Assembly: GCF_002449765.1 (NCBI RefSeq)
Contig: NZ_DJXN01000008.1
Source of the DNA: Fibrobacter sp. UBA7003
GTDB taxonomy: Bacteria; Fibrobacterota; Fibrobacteria; Fibrobacterales; Fibrobacteraceae
Direction: 5' to 3' (one strand)
DNA length: 64,000 bases
A program made the position numbers and the translations under genes. The notes beneath the pieces are model-generated. The model worked only from the letters and a program-made list of their open reading frames with translations. It was not told where the DNA came from and ran no database searches. This document shows positions 27,257 through 36,513 of this stretch, piece after piece; position 1 is the first letter of the stretch, and each line of letters begins with the position of its first letter.

Positions 27257-29062
27257 TTATTTTTCGGCGGCGGCCTGCTCGAAATCGGTCGCGATGAGGT
27301 CGCTTACGTCGACCCTGCCAAGATCCGGGGAAGCTGCAAGGCGGTTGGCCTGCTTCTCGATGACTTTTTCGAACAGGTTGCGCACGTAGCGTCCGTTTCC
27401 GAACCGGCTGTCTTTCTTGCTGACGGCATCGGCGATGCAGCGCTTCATGGCGGCCTCTGCGGCTTTGCCTATCTTGTAGTCGTATTTCGCGAGGAACGAC
27501 CTGAAAATCTGCGCGAGCTCGTCTTCCGAATAGTCGGGGAAGTTGATGTACCTGTTGAATCGCGAAGAGAGGCCGGGATTCGAGTTCACGAAGCGCTTGA
27601 TTTCGTCCGTGTAGCCGGCGATGATGACCACGAGCCTGTCACGGTCATCTTCCATGCGCTTGAGGAGCGTGTCGATGGCCTCCTGCCCGTAGTCGTTTTC
27701 GGCGCTTCGCGCGAGCGTGTAGGCTTCGTCGATAAACAGGACTCCGTCCAGGGCGTCGTCTATTACTTTGTTTGTCTTGATGGCCGTCTGTCCCATGTAG
27801 CCTGCGACCAGGTCTGCCCGCGTCGCCTCTACCAGGTGGCCTTTGCGGAGAACGCCCAGGTCCTTGAAAATTTCGGCCATGATGCGCGCGATTGTCGTCT
27901 TGCCCGTGCCGGGATTTCCGGAGAACACCAGGTGGTACGATGTCGGCGGAACGGAAAGCCCTTTCTTCTTGCGTTCGTTCTGCACGCGGATAAAGTTGTA
28001 GAACGTGACGACTTCCTTCTTCACCGACGAAAGGCCGATGAGCGAATCGAGCTGCTTCACCGCCTCGCCCTGCGGGACGCGTTCTTCCTTTGCGGGTCGC
28101 ATGTTGCGCGAGACGGCTTCTTTTAGAGGCGTGTTCTTGTAGTTCACCGGTCGCGTGGAGCACTTGACGAATCCCGGGCGCCATGCTGCCGAGCGGTTGT
28201 TCCCGATGTGCCTTTCCAGGTACTGCAGCCATTGCACCTCGTCCGGAGTGAGCTTGCCGTCGATGTTTGCAAGCGCCGCGGAATAGTCATAAAGGAGCCG
28301 CGAGTACTTGCGGACGGCATCGGGAGAAAATCCTCCGAATATCGAACTGAACAGGAATATCTCTCCGGTGGTCTCTATCTGGGCGTGGTTCCTTTCCAGG
28401 TTTTGCACCAGGGGACCCATCTCGATTTCTTTGTCGACGAATGACTGGAGAACAAGGCGGTTCCAGTCCGTCGTGGCGGGTGCGTTTGTCCGCAGGCGCA
28501 GCAGTAGCGAAACAAAACCGCAGGACTCGAACGAGTCGAGGCTCATTTCGTGGCCGAGCTTTTCGGAAAGGTAGTTGATGTCCGAGAGGAATATGGTCGA
28601 AAGTTCCTGGAACGTGTCGCTGCCTTCGCCCAGTTCAAAGTGGTTGCGCAACTTTTCGGCCACGCCGTCGTAATATATGAAATCCTTGAAGAAACTTGCG
28701 ATGGCGTTTACCGTGGGCGCAAGCTTCGTCATGTATTTCGTGAGCCTCGGGTCTATCTGGCCGTTCGGCTTCACGGCAACGGCATACTGCGAATCTCCCG
28801 AAAGATTCTTCTCCATCGGGGATGTCATCACCTCTTTCATCAGGTCGGCAACCTGCTGCGCCGTCTCGGTGGAACGGTAGCGGGTCCACAGGAGGAACCC
28901 GGTTACGGAGATAATGAGGACGAGCGCGATGAAGAGGAGGTAGGCGGACGCTCCCAGAACGGAGGAAAGCTTGATGATGGCCACGGTGGCGACCATCGTG
29001 AGCATCAGCATGACGGAGCTGATGCCTGCGAGAAGAGTCTGGTTCGTCTTTCTTTTTGGCAT
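27257..29062 (-). CDS. membrane-anchored SpoVK/CbbX-type AAA+ ATPase with a TerB-like middle segment
   Basis: 601 aa with two N-terminal TM segments. ALANIDGKLTPDEVQWLQYL is TerB-like. Also GNPGTGKTT, VLFIDEAYTL and GYTDEIKRF ... NPGLSSRF (CbbX/SpoVK signature). Confidence 0.8.
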   Translation of the reverse strand: MPKRKTNQTLLAGISSVMLMLTMVATVAIIKLSSVLGASAYLLFIALVLIISVTGFLLWTRYRSTETAQQVADLMKEVMTSPMEKNLSGDSQYAVAVKPNGQIDPRLTKYMTKLAPTVNAIASFFKDFIYYDGVAEKLRNHFELGEGSDTFQELSTIFLSDINYLSEKLGHEMSLDSFESCGFVSLLLRLRTNAPATTDWNRLVLQSFVDKEIEMGPLVQNLERNHAQIETTGEIFLFSSIFGGFSPDAVRKYSRLLYDYSAALANIDGKLTPDEVQWLQYLERHIGNNRSAAWRPGFVKCSTRPVNYKNTPLKEAVSRNMRPAKEERVPQGEAVKQLDSLIGLSSVKKEVVTFYNFIRVQNERKKKGLSVPPTSYHLVFSGNPGTGKTTIARIMAEIFKDLGVLRKGHLVEATRADLVAGYMGQTAIKTNKVIDDALDGVLFIDEAYTLARSAENDYGQEAIDTLLKRMEDDRDRLVVIIAGYTDEIKRFVNSNPGLSSRFNRYINFPDYSEDELAQIFRSFLAKYDYKIGKAAEAAMKRCIADAVSKKDSRFGNGRYVRNLFEKVIEKQANRLAASPDLGRVDVSDLIATDFEQAAAEK

Positions 29063-29121
29063 ACGCTCTTCAAATCTATATTATTTTACTGGAAACGAAA
29101 CGGGAAAATAGCCCTGCGCCG

Positions 29122-29922
29122 CTACTTGCAGGAAAAACCCTGCAATTCGAGACCGGCACGCATTTCGCCATAGGTCGAAGTGCGTTTCATGTCCATCGCC
29201 TTCATGAATCGGCAATCGTTGTCGATGTGCATGCGGAATCCAGTCATGGTCGGCTCGACCTCGCCCTTGCCGCTTGCACGCACGTGTTCTATCATCTGTT
29301 CGCGCCTGTCGCTCAGTTCGGGCGGCACGAACACGTCGGTGACGATGTCGACATTCTTGATTTCGTAGTCACCGAACACGAACGAAATGGTGACGAGGTT
29401 CTTGAGACCGTTGAACTGGCCGTTTACCTTGCAGACGAGATTCTTCTGCGTGTTCTTGACTTTTTTCGGCCTTGCCGCATTTGCCTTCACTTTCGGGTCC
29501 GGCGTATACTGCAGGGCGTTCAACAGATCTTCTTCCTTGACTGCCCCGACGAGCTGGTTGATAAACTTTCCGTCGCGGATGAAGAAGAATGTCGGAAACG
29601 CTTGAATCGGGAGTGAAGCCTTTATCTTGTCTATGTTCGGCTCGTCGATTCCCACGGTCGCAATCTTGATGTCGCTGTAATTTTTGGCGATGCCGATGAG
29701 GGTCGGAATCATGATGAGGCAGGGCGGGCAGCTTGTGGAAGTGATGTCCAGAATCACTGGCTTTTTCGACTGCAGGATTTCTTTCTCGAAGTTGCTGTCG
29801 TTTATCTTGACAATCTTGATGTCTTCGGCCGCCTGTGCGTTCCCTTTTGCAAACGCGAAACTGGCCGTGGCCAGAGCCACGGCGCAGATATTCGCGATTA
29901 CCTTTACGAAGGAGGTTCTCAT
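29122..29922 (-). CDS. secreted thioredoxin-fold protein with an additional C-terminal domain
   Basis: Signal peptide, and VILDITSTSCPPCLIMIP with a CPPC active site. Confidence 0.7.
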   Translation of the reverse strand: MRTSFVKVIANICAVALATASFAFAKGNAQAAEDIKIVKINDSNFEKEILQSKKPVILDITSTSCPPCLIMIPTLIGIAKNYSDIKIATVGIDEPNIDKIKASLPIQAFPTFFFIRDGKFINQLVGAVKEEDLLNALQYTPDPKVKANAARPKKVKNTQKNLVCKVNGQFNGLKNLVTISFVFGDYEIKNVDIVTDVFVPPELSDRREQMIEHVRASGKGEVEPTMTGFRMHIDNDCRFMKAMDMKRTSTYGEMRAGLELQGFSCK

Positions 29923-29931
29923 CTTCGGGAA

Positions 29932-31209
29932 TTACACCTTGTCCAAAGCCTGCGTGAGGTCCGCGATGATGTCTTCGACGTTTTCGATACCGACGCTGAA
30001 GCGGATCAGGTCCGGAGCAACGCCTGCCTCGATCAACTGTTCGTCGCTGAGCTGACGGTGCGTGTGGCTTGCCGGATGCAGCACGCAGCTGCGGGCATCG
30101 GCCACATGGGTCACGATGCAGATCATCTTGAGGTTGTCCATGAACTGGATGCTCTTTTCGCGGCCACCCTTGATACCGAAGGTGAGCACGCCACACGGGA
30201 GCCCGCCCTTGAACTGCTTCTTGGCAAGTTCGTGGTACTTGTTGCCCTCGAGGCCCGCGTAATCGACCCAGGCCACCTTCGGGTGGTTCTGCAGGAACTT
30301 CGCGCAGGCGAGAGCGTTTTCGCAGTGGCGCGGCATGCGCAGATGGAGCGTTTCAAGGCCAACGTTCAGGAGGAACGCGTTCTGCGGAGCCTGGATGCTG
30401 CCGAGGTCACGCATCAGCTGGGCCGTAGCCTTCGTGATGAAGGCGCCCTTGCCGAAAGCCTTCGTGTAGGCAAGGCCGTGGTAGCTCGGGTCCGGTTCGG
30501 TGAGACCCTTGAACTTGTCGTGATGGGCTTCCCAGTCAAAGTTACCGCTATCCACGATGCAGCCACCCACAGCCATCGCGTGACCGTCCATGTACTTGGT
30601 GGTGGAGTGAGTCACGATGTCCACGCCGAATTCAATCGGGCGGCAAAGAATCGGAGTCGGGAACGTATTGTCCACAATCATCGGCACGCCGTGCTTGTGG
30701 GCGATGTCGGCGAAGCGCTTGAGGTCCAAAATCTTGCCGGCGGGGTTTGCCACCGTCTCGCCGAAGAAGCACTTGGTGTTCGGGCGGAAAGCCTTCTCGA
30801 TTTCCTCGTCGCTAGCGTCCTGGTCCACGAACGTGCATTCGATACCGAGCTTCTTCATGGTAACGCTGAAGAGGTTGCTCGTACCGCCGTAAATAGCGCT
30901 GGTGCTGATGAAGTGGTCGCCCGCCTCGCAGATGTTGAACACGGCGAAGAAGTTCGCCGCCTGACCGGAACTCGTGAGCATCGCAGCGACACCGCCTTCC
31001 ATGGCCGCAATCTTGGATGCCACGGCATCGTTGGTCGGGTTCTGCAGGCGCGTGTAGAAGTAGCCGCTGGCCTTCAGGTCGAACAGGTCGGCCATCGCGT
31101 TGCTGGACTCGTACTTGAAAGTGGTGCTCTGGTAGATGGGAAGGACGCGCGGTTCGCCGTTTTTCGGCTGCCAGCCGCCCTGTACGCACAAAGTTTCGAT
31201 CTTGGACAT
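29932..31209 (-). CDS. metY: O-acetylhomoserine sulfhydrylase (PLP-dependent Cys/Met metabolism family)
   Basis: 425 aa. ETLCVQGG, PIYQSTTF, YTRLQNPT and HSTTKYMDGH (PLP lysine motif). Confidence 0.85.
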   Translation of the reverse strand: MSKIETLCVQGGWQPKNGEPRVLPIYQSTTFKYESSNAMADLFDLKASGYFYTRLQNPTNDAVASKIAAMEGGVAAMLTSSGQAANFFAVFNICEAGDHFISTSAIYGGTSNLFSVTMKKLGIECTFVDQDASDEEIEKAFRPNTKCFFGETVANPAGKILDLKRFADIAHKHGVPMIVDNTFPTPILCRPIEFGVDIVTHSTTKYMDGHAMAVGGCIVDSGNFDWEAHHDKFKGLTEPDPSYHGLAYTKAFGKGAFITKATAQLMRDLGSIQAPQNAFLLNVGLETLHLRMPRHCENALACAKFLQNHPKVAWVDYAGLEGNKYHELAKKQFKGGLPCGVLTFGIKGGREKSIQFMDNLKMICIVTHVADARSCVLHPASHTHRQLSDEQLIEAGVAPDLIRFSVGIENVEDIIADLTQALDKV

Positions 31210-31348
31210 TTTTGCCTCTTGTTTGTTATAGCCTTAAAATATAGATAGACGAAAGACGTGGTTCGACAAGCTCACCAACCTAGACGATAGATAATCTCAT
31301 CGTATGGTCTTCGAAAAAGGCCGCCTTAGCATATCTTTTCGGTAGGTA

Positions 31349-31376
31349 AATATAGAAAAAGACTATACCTTGTCAA
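31349..31376 (-). promoter_or_regulatory. sigma70-like promoter for metY
   Basis: The minus strand reads TTGACA (31376-31371), a 16-nt spacer, then TATATT (31354-31349). This lies about 140 nt upstream of the metY ATG. Confidence 0.4.
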
Positions 31377-31380
31377 TGCG

Positions 31381-31402
31381 TTTATGCAAATATTTGCATA
31401 AA
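31381..31402. promoter_or_regulatory. perfect 22-bp palindrome in the metY / DMT-transporter divergent region
   Basis: TTTATGCAAATATTTGCATAAA equals its own reverse complement. It ends 5 nt upstream of the metY -35 element and 50 nt before ATG 31453. Confidence 0.4.
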
Positions 31403-31452
31403 TTTAAAATCAACCGACGGCTAAGCATCCCTTTTTTCTATCTTTGTGGCCG

Positions 31453-32367
31453 ATGACACCCGCGCGCAACAACATGGCCCTCTGGCATATCCTCGCCATC
31501 GCGACGATTGCGTTCTGGGGCACGAGTTTCGTGAGCACGAAGGTGCTGCTGAATCACGGTTTTACCGCGGTGCAGATTTTTACGTTGCGGTTCGCGGTCA
31601 CCTACCTTATCCTGCTCGCGGCATCCCACAAGAAGTTCCGCTGCAAGAACTGGAAGCACGAAATCATCCTGTTCGTCTGCGGTATCACGGGCTGCACGCT
31701 CTATTTCTGGGCCGAGAACACGGCCCTCTCGCTTTCACCCAGCAGCAACGTCTCGCTCATCGTGTGCACGAACCCGCTGCTCACCATGATTTTCGGGGGC
31801 ATCCTGTACAAGGCGGAGCGCCTCGGCAAGCGGCAGGTTGTCGGGTGCCTGATTACGTTTGTCGGGATGGTGCTCGTGGTGCTGAACGGGAAATTCATCC
31901 TGAAACTTTCGCCCGTGGGCGACATGCTCGCGTTCACCTCGTCCGTCATGTGGGCCATCTATTCGCTGGTCGTGCGCCAGTTCAACGGCGTGTATTCTAC
32001 TTTGTTCATAACCCGCAAGATGTTCTTTTACGGGGCACTCATGTCGCTGCCCGCGCTATTCTTCGAGGCGGGTGGCGATATCCACAAAACGTTCGATATC
32101 CCGTGGCAAAATTTCGCGGAACCGGTCGTATCGTTCAACTTCGTCTGCCTCACGGTTTTCTCGTCGCTGCTCGGCTACCTCGCATGGAACAAGGTGCTGA
32201 AGCAGCTCGGCACGGTGCTCGCGAGCAACTACATCTACGCCATCCCGCTCGTCACCATCATCACGGCGGTCATCGCCCTCGGGGAACGCATCACGCCTGT
32301 CGCCATCGCGGGTGCGGTAGCGATTGTCGCGGGCATGGTCATGGCCGAGATGAAACGCGGTTCCTAG
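31453..32367 (+). CDS. DMT-superfamily (EamA-like) transporter
   Basis: Ten hydrophobic helices and an EamA-like N-terminus (ILAIATIAFWGTSFVSTK). The start is ambiguous (TTG 31444, ATG 31453 or ATG 31474). Confidence 0.8.
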   Translation: MTPARNNMALWHILAIATIAFWGTSFVSTKVLLNHGFTAVQIFTLRFAVTYLILLAASHKKFRCKNWKHEIILFVCGITGCTLYFWAENTALSLSPSSNVSLIVCTNPLLTMIFGGILYKAERLGKRQVVGCLITFVGMVLVVLNGKFILKLSPVGDMLAFTSSVMWAIYSLVVRQFNGVYSTLFITRKMFFYGALMSLPALFFEAGGDIHKTFDIPWQNFAEPVVSFNFVCLTVFSSLLGYLAWNKVLKQLGTVLASNYIYAIPLVTIITAVIALGERITPVAIAGAVAIVAGMVMAEMKRGS

Positions 32368-32385
32368 TCCGCGCTTCCTGATTTA

Positions 32386-33219
32386 CTATTCCTTGACGCA
32401 ACGCACGGCGTAGGCATAGTACCCGCGCTGCATGGATTCCTTCTCCATGTCGTACTGGTTCGAGAGTATCCAGGCGTAGTGATTCATGTTGTCTTCGCCC
32501 CAGAAATAGGCCTTGGTGCCCTCGCCGTCGCATTCGCCCGTCTTGGCGCGGTAACCTGCCGGGAGAGCGGAGAACCCGCTTGCGTTCGTGGCCGTTACGT
32601 TGTCTCCAAAAATCGTATTTTCCCATTCACCCACAGCGCGCAGGGAGCCGTTGTTGTCGCCGAACTCGCTCTTCGCCGTAGTGGTCAGGTCGCGCCAGTC
32701 GTCCGCAGTGGGGAGGCGCCAACCCTCGGGGCACACGGCCGTCGCGGCGTATTCCTGGTAAAGGCGGCCATACTTTTCGCAGTTCGCGGGAATGCCGTCG
32801 TAGCAGAAGCTTGAATCGATGGAACCCGTGGCGGTAGCACTGTTGTCATAGTTCAGGTTCTCGGCCATCCACGTGAGGCTGCCGATTTTCACGGTCTTGT
32901 AGCTCTTGCCGTCGCGGGAATCGGCGAGCGTGCCGTATTCCACGTTCGAGACGGCTGCGCTAGATGAACTGGACACACTTGTCTCGCTGCTGCTCGATTT
33001 TTCGCTACTACTCAGAACGACGTCCTTCGGTGTGGCGCTGGAGCTTGAAACCAAAATAATTTCGCCATAACTAGTAGGGCCAACGCTGACGCGGTCATAC
33101 GCATTCGAAGAGGCGGGGTCATTTTGCGGGCCGGAAGACGAATCGGAATCGCAGGCGACAAGCGCAATCCCGAAGGCAAGAGCCGCGATTACAATGCTGC
33201 TGGAGCGTTTGAAGTTCAT
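32386..33219 (-). CDS. lipoprotein with the Fibrobacter succinogenes major paralogous domain (TIGR02145-like)
   Basis: Start at MNFKRSS, with GGAGAAG upstream. Lipobox LVAC and a Ser-rich linker. Contains GSLTWMAENLNY, CPEGWRLPTADDW, GFSALPAGY and YFWG. Confidence 0.75.
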   Translation of the reverse strand: MNFKRSSSIVIAALAFGIALVACDSDSSSGPQNDPASSNAYDRVSVGPTSYGEIILVSSSSATPKDVVLSSSEKSSSSETSVSSSSSAAVSNVEYGTLADSRDGKSYKTVKIGSLTWMAENLNYDNSATATGSIDSSFCYDGIPANCEKYGRLYQEYAATAVCPEGWRLPTADDWRDLTTTAKSEFGDNNGSLRAVGEWENTIFGDNVTATNASGFSALPAGYRAKTGECDGEGTKAYFWGEDNMNHYAWILSNQYDMEKESMQRGYYAYAVRCVKE

Positions 33220-33284
33220 ATTATCTTCTCCTACAAGTATTTTGTGTGCAATAAACAAATATAAAAACTAAATTTGACGCTGCA

Positions 33285-34238
33285 ATGGTTTCTCGAAAAT
33301 GTCTGATGGTAGCCTTGGGGCTTGCGACGGTGGCGGCGATGCTTGTCACGGCTTGGTGGTCTTTGCGCCCCGAAATCCCACCGGAAGTTCAGGAACAGAT
33401 TGAAGACGATCTTGAAAAATGCGGCGGTGAACTGAAAGAGGCCCGCTGTGCGGTGAACGGCGTTGACGACTGGATATTCCTGCAGGAAAGTCTTGTCAAC
33501 CTGGTGGTGGACTGGAAAGAAAACTTGAATTCCTTTGTCGCCTTCAACGATTCGCTGGAAGTGCGCGGTATCAAGCTGGTTGTGGTGCCGGTTCCGGACA
33601 AACTGCAAATCGAGGCGGAACATTATTCGGAAGAATTGTCGGGTGGGATTGTTGCTCCGCAATATGAAGAATGGGTGGATGCTTTGCAGGACGAAGGTGT
33701 TGTCGTTGTAGATGCCGTGGAGGAGTTTCTCGAAAAGAACGAGGAAACGCCCATGTTCGAGGCGTACGAAAGCCACTATACCAGCGCTGGCCGGCAATTG
33801 CTTGCCCAGATGATTGCCGATACCATCAACGAGATGGATTTGGATGTCCCGAGGGGAGAGTGGTTCCTGCGCGATACGGTTGTCCCCGGCTCTGGGAATC
33901 TTTACCACCTGAAGTATAACAGCTATCCCGATTACGACGTGCGTGTGCTGAAGACCGTAGATGCCGAAGGTAAACGCTACCATGGTTCCAAGGACGCTCC
34001 CATCGTGGTTATCGGCGACAGCAATGCCGATTTTGGCTGGAACAGTTCTTCCAATATCGGCGCTTACATAGCGCAGGCGACAGGGATAAAGACCTTTACC
34101 CGCAGCCGAATCGGTGGGGGGAACCTGGGCCCGACCTTGTTCAAGGGCCGTTCAAAATTCCTGGAAGGCAAAAAGATGGTTGTCTGGGTATTCGACGGCC
34201 GCGAGCTTTACGGCGATTTCAGCATGCCGGAATTCTAG
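33285..34238 (+). CDS. AlgX/AlgJ-type SGNH-like protein (polysaccharide O-acetylation family)
   Basis: N-terminal anchor. GVDDWIFLQE, VVVPVPDKLQIE, YESHYTSAG and VVIGDSNA follow the AlgJ/AlgX block order. Confidence 0.5.
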   Translation: MVSRKCLMVALGLATVAAMLVTAWWSLRPEIPPEVQEQIEDDLEKCGGELKEARCAVNGVDDWIFLQESLVNLVVDWKENLNSFVAFNDSLEVRGIKLVVVPVPDKLQIEAEHYSEELSGGIVAPQYEEWVDALQDEGVVVVDAVEEFLEKNEETPMFEAYESHYTSAGRQLLAQMIADTINEMDLDVPRGEWFLRDTVVPGSGNLYHLKYNSYPDYDVRVLKTVDAEGKRYHGSKDAPIVVIGDSNADFGWNSSSNIGAYIAQATGIKTFTRSRIGGGNLGPTLFKGRSKFLEGKKMVVWVFDGRELYGDFSMPEF

Positions 34239-34240
34239 CT

Positions 34241-34573
34241 CTAGTGGATATCCATCTTCGAGAAAAGATTCAGCACGGCAACGCCGGAAATAATCAGGAC
34301 GAGCCCGATAATGGCGCCCAAATCCGGCATCTGCTTGAAAAAGAAAATGCCGCTGACGGTAATGAGCGCGATGCCGAGCGCCGACCAGGTGGCATATGCG
34401 ATGCCGATGGGGATAGTCCGCATGCAAAGGCTTAGCAGATAAAGCGACGCCACGTAGCAGACGAGCGATGCGATGGAAGGGACGAGTTTGGTGAACTGTT
34501 CCGACATCTTGAGCAGTGTGGTGCCGGCGGCTTCCGCAACAATGGCGAGGATAAGGAATACGTAGTTGAGCAT
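34241..34573 (-). CDS. SMR-family small multidrug efflux protein
   Basis: 110 aa from the ATG (the listed ORF begins at an upstream TTG). MLNYVFLILAIVAEAAGTTLLKMSEQF carries the conserved membrane Glu, and there are 4 TM segments. Confidence 0.8.
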   Translation of the reverse strand: MLNYVFLILAIVAEAAGTTLLKMSEQFTKLVPSIASLVCYVASLYLLSLCMRTIPIGIAYATWSALGIALITVSGIFFFKQMPDLGAIIGLVLIISGVAVLNLFSKMDIH

Positions 34574-34609
34574 AGGGAGAATATACAAATTAATTGTTAT
34601 ATTGTAACC

Positions 34610-34948
34610 ATGCCGAGTTCAGAGAAGTTTCGTGACCACGTTTTGGAGCAGTTCAATGGGGAGCTGCTTGAAGGTGGTTTCCGCGTGACCACCCGCAAGA
34701 TGATGGGCGAGTACATTCTGTATGCCGACGGGAAAATCTTCGGCGGGATTTACGATGACCGCCTGCTGGTGAAGCCCGTGCCGGCGGCTGTGGCGATGCT
34801 CCCCGGCGCAAAGAAGCAATTACCCTACGATGGTGCGAAGCCCATGCTCCGCGTGACCAACGAACAGATTGAAGACAGCGAATTTTTGGCGAAGCTTCTG
34901 GACGCGATGCTGCCGGAAGTGCCCGCCCCGAAAGCGAAGAAGAAATAA
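34610..34948 (+). CDS. TfoX/Sxy N-terminal domain family protein
   Basis: 112 aa. RKMMGEYILYADGKIFGGIYDDRLLVK is the typical TfoX_N pattern. Confidence 0.7.
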   Translation: MPSSEKFRDHVLEQFNGELLEGGFRVTTRKMMGEYILYADGKIFGGIYDDRLLVKPVPAAVAMLPGAKKQLPYDGAKPMLRVTNEQIEDSEFLAKLLDAMLPEVPAPKAKKK

Positions 34949-35032
34949 TCCCGACGAACGCACGGAATTTGCTGATAACCTACGCTCATTTTCAAGTGCG
35001 TTAATATATCTTCATGGATATGGGGGTTAGGT

Positions 35033-35755
35033 ATGTTCTCGCCGAAACACAATTTGCGGATTGTTCTAGCATGCGTGTGCATGCTTGTTTTTCCGGCATG
35101 GGCGGGTTCCTCGAATTCGAACAGTGATGATAAGCCTTCTGTGCTGGATGTGATTTTTGGTATTGCCGAATGGGCGACTTCGTGCAGAGACGACGATTAT
35201 GATTGTAAAAAGCGCCAAGGTGAATATCACAAGCGCGAAAATGATGAAAATGCGCGCCGAGCCAAGGAAAATCAGAAAAAATGGCGCGAGAAGAATCGAA
35301 ATTACAAGACGGGCTACTTGGGAATTGCGCTGACCATGCCTTTCTTTGCTGAAGAAAAAGATGTGGCGGGAGGTGCGGAACTTGTTTGGGCTTTTGTTTC
35401 CCGGTTTGGTGAACTTTTTATGTCGTTTGGTGGCGGCACTAATTTATCGATGGCATTTGTCGATGCAAACGTCTTTTACAGGCCGCCAATCGACATGAAC
35501 GGTATTTGGAAAATTGCGCCCGAAGTCGGTATTGGCGTCACGTCTTATGAGCCGTTCGATAGCGACGATTATGTTGAACCCTTGTACCATTATTCAGTGG
35601 GCGTGCGCTACGAGCATACCCTGCAAAGCCGCAAGAACATCATCGAGGACGAGGACGTGCTTATCAACGGCGTGAGCGCCGGTTGCGCCGTGTGGATGAA
35701 CTACGCCGATTTTGCCGGCGTCAAGTGCGACATCCGATTTGGATTGTATTTGTAA
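35033..35755 (+). CDS. secreted hypothetical protein
   Basis: 240 aa with a signal peptide (ACVCMLVFPAWAG), a charged K/R/E-rich linker and a beta-rich C-terminal half. No family recognised. Confidence 0.45.
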   Translation: MFSPKHNLRIVLACVCMLVFPAWAGSSNSNSDDKPSVLDVIFGIAEWATSCRDDDYDCKKRQGEYHKRENDENARRAKENQKKWREKNRNYKTGYLGIALTMPFFAEEKDVAGGAELVWAFVSRFGELFMSFGGGTNLSMAFVDANVFYRPPIDMNGIWKIAPEVGIGVTSYEPFDSDDYVEPLYHYSVGVRYEHTLQSRKNIIEDEDVLINGVSAGCAVWMNYADFAGVKCDIRFGLYL

Positions 35756-35835
35756 GTCCGTTTTATTTGATGAAGTCCACGAATTGTTGGATGGGATGAA
35801 TCCGGGTTTTGCCTAGATATTCTATTTTATAGATA

Positions 35836-36477
35836 ATGGCCCGCGGAATTTTATGGATTGTGTTGGTGGTGTGCGCCCTGCTGCTTGCGGGGTGCTCAAG
35901 TCATCCGCCTTCTGCGGCGCAGTTCATGAATGTGAAAGAAGACGAAGGTGATATTGTTGTTGGAGGGACCGCTAAAATCGGAGACCTCCATCGAGGCAAG
36001 AATCGGTTGCAGAGTGACTATTCTGATGTAGAACTCTTTGGTGATTTAGATGTTTCTCTTTTGTTTAGATACAGCCATTTGGTTCTGGGACTTTATTCGG
36101 AAAATCTTTATTCGATAAGCGGCCTTGCTGGTTCCCGATGGGAATATGTAGGAATTCAAGGCTGGTTCGGTATGTCTGTTTTAGTGGTTGACAAGCAAGT
36201 CCCTATTTACGGCGGATTGATGTTGATCGAAGAATATCCTGTAAGTAAAAATCTTAGAGTGGGGCTAAGTGAACACATTTCGCGTAATGCCCACGGTGTA
36301 GATAAGAATGAAGCTGGTTTAGGTTCTCCGGCTACGGGTTTTTATCATGAGTTTGGTACCGGAATTTATTTGGCGTATAAGGCCTTTTCGGTAGAGTTGC
36401 GATATGGACGGGAAATTGATGAACCGAGAAATCGCTTTTATTTTATGATAAATTATGGCTTTGATTCTGATGGCTAG
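35836..36477 (+). CDS. hypothetical lipoprotein (AT-rich gene)
   Basis: 213 aa with lipobox LLAGC. The local GC is clearly lower than in flanking core genes. No family recognised. Confidence 0.45.
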   Translation: MARGILWIVLVVCALLLAGCSSHPPSAAQFMNVKEDEGDIVVGGTAKIGDLHRGKNRLQSDYSDVELFGDLDVSLLFRYSHLVLGLYSENLYSISGLAGSRWEYVGIQGWFGMSVLVVDKQVPIYGGLMLIEEYPVSKNLRVGLSEHISRNAHGVDKNEAGLGSPATGFYHEFGTGIYLAYKAFSVELRYGREIDEPRNRFYFMINYGFDSDG

Positions 36478-36513
36478 TTTTTTAAAAAGGGCGGTCCCCC
36501 CCCGTCTATGCTT

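Noticed and set aside
31210-31348. Possible SAM or other riboswitch in the roughly 140-nt metY leader.
   Set aside because: I could not recognise SAM-I, SAM-II or other riboswitch consensus elements or a convincing terminator/antiterminator pair by eye. A covariance-model scan (Rfam/Infernal) would be needed, and a hit would overturn this rejection.
36496-36503. C8 homopolymer tract considered as a phase-variation switch.
   Set aside because: It lies in the 36-nt gap between two convergent stop codons, so length changes would not affect any reading frame or an obvious promoter.
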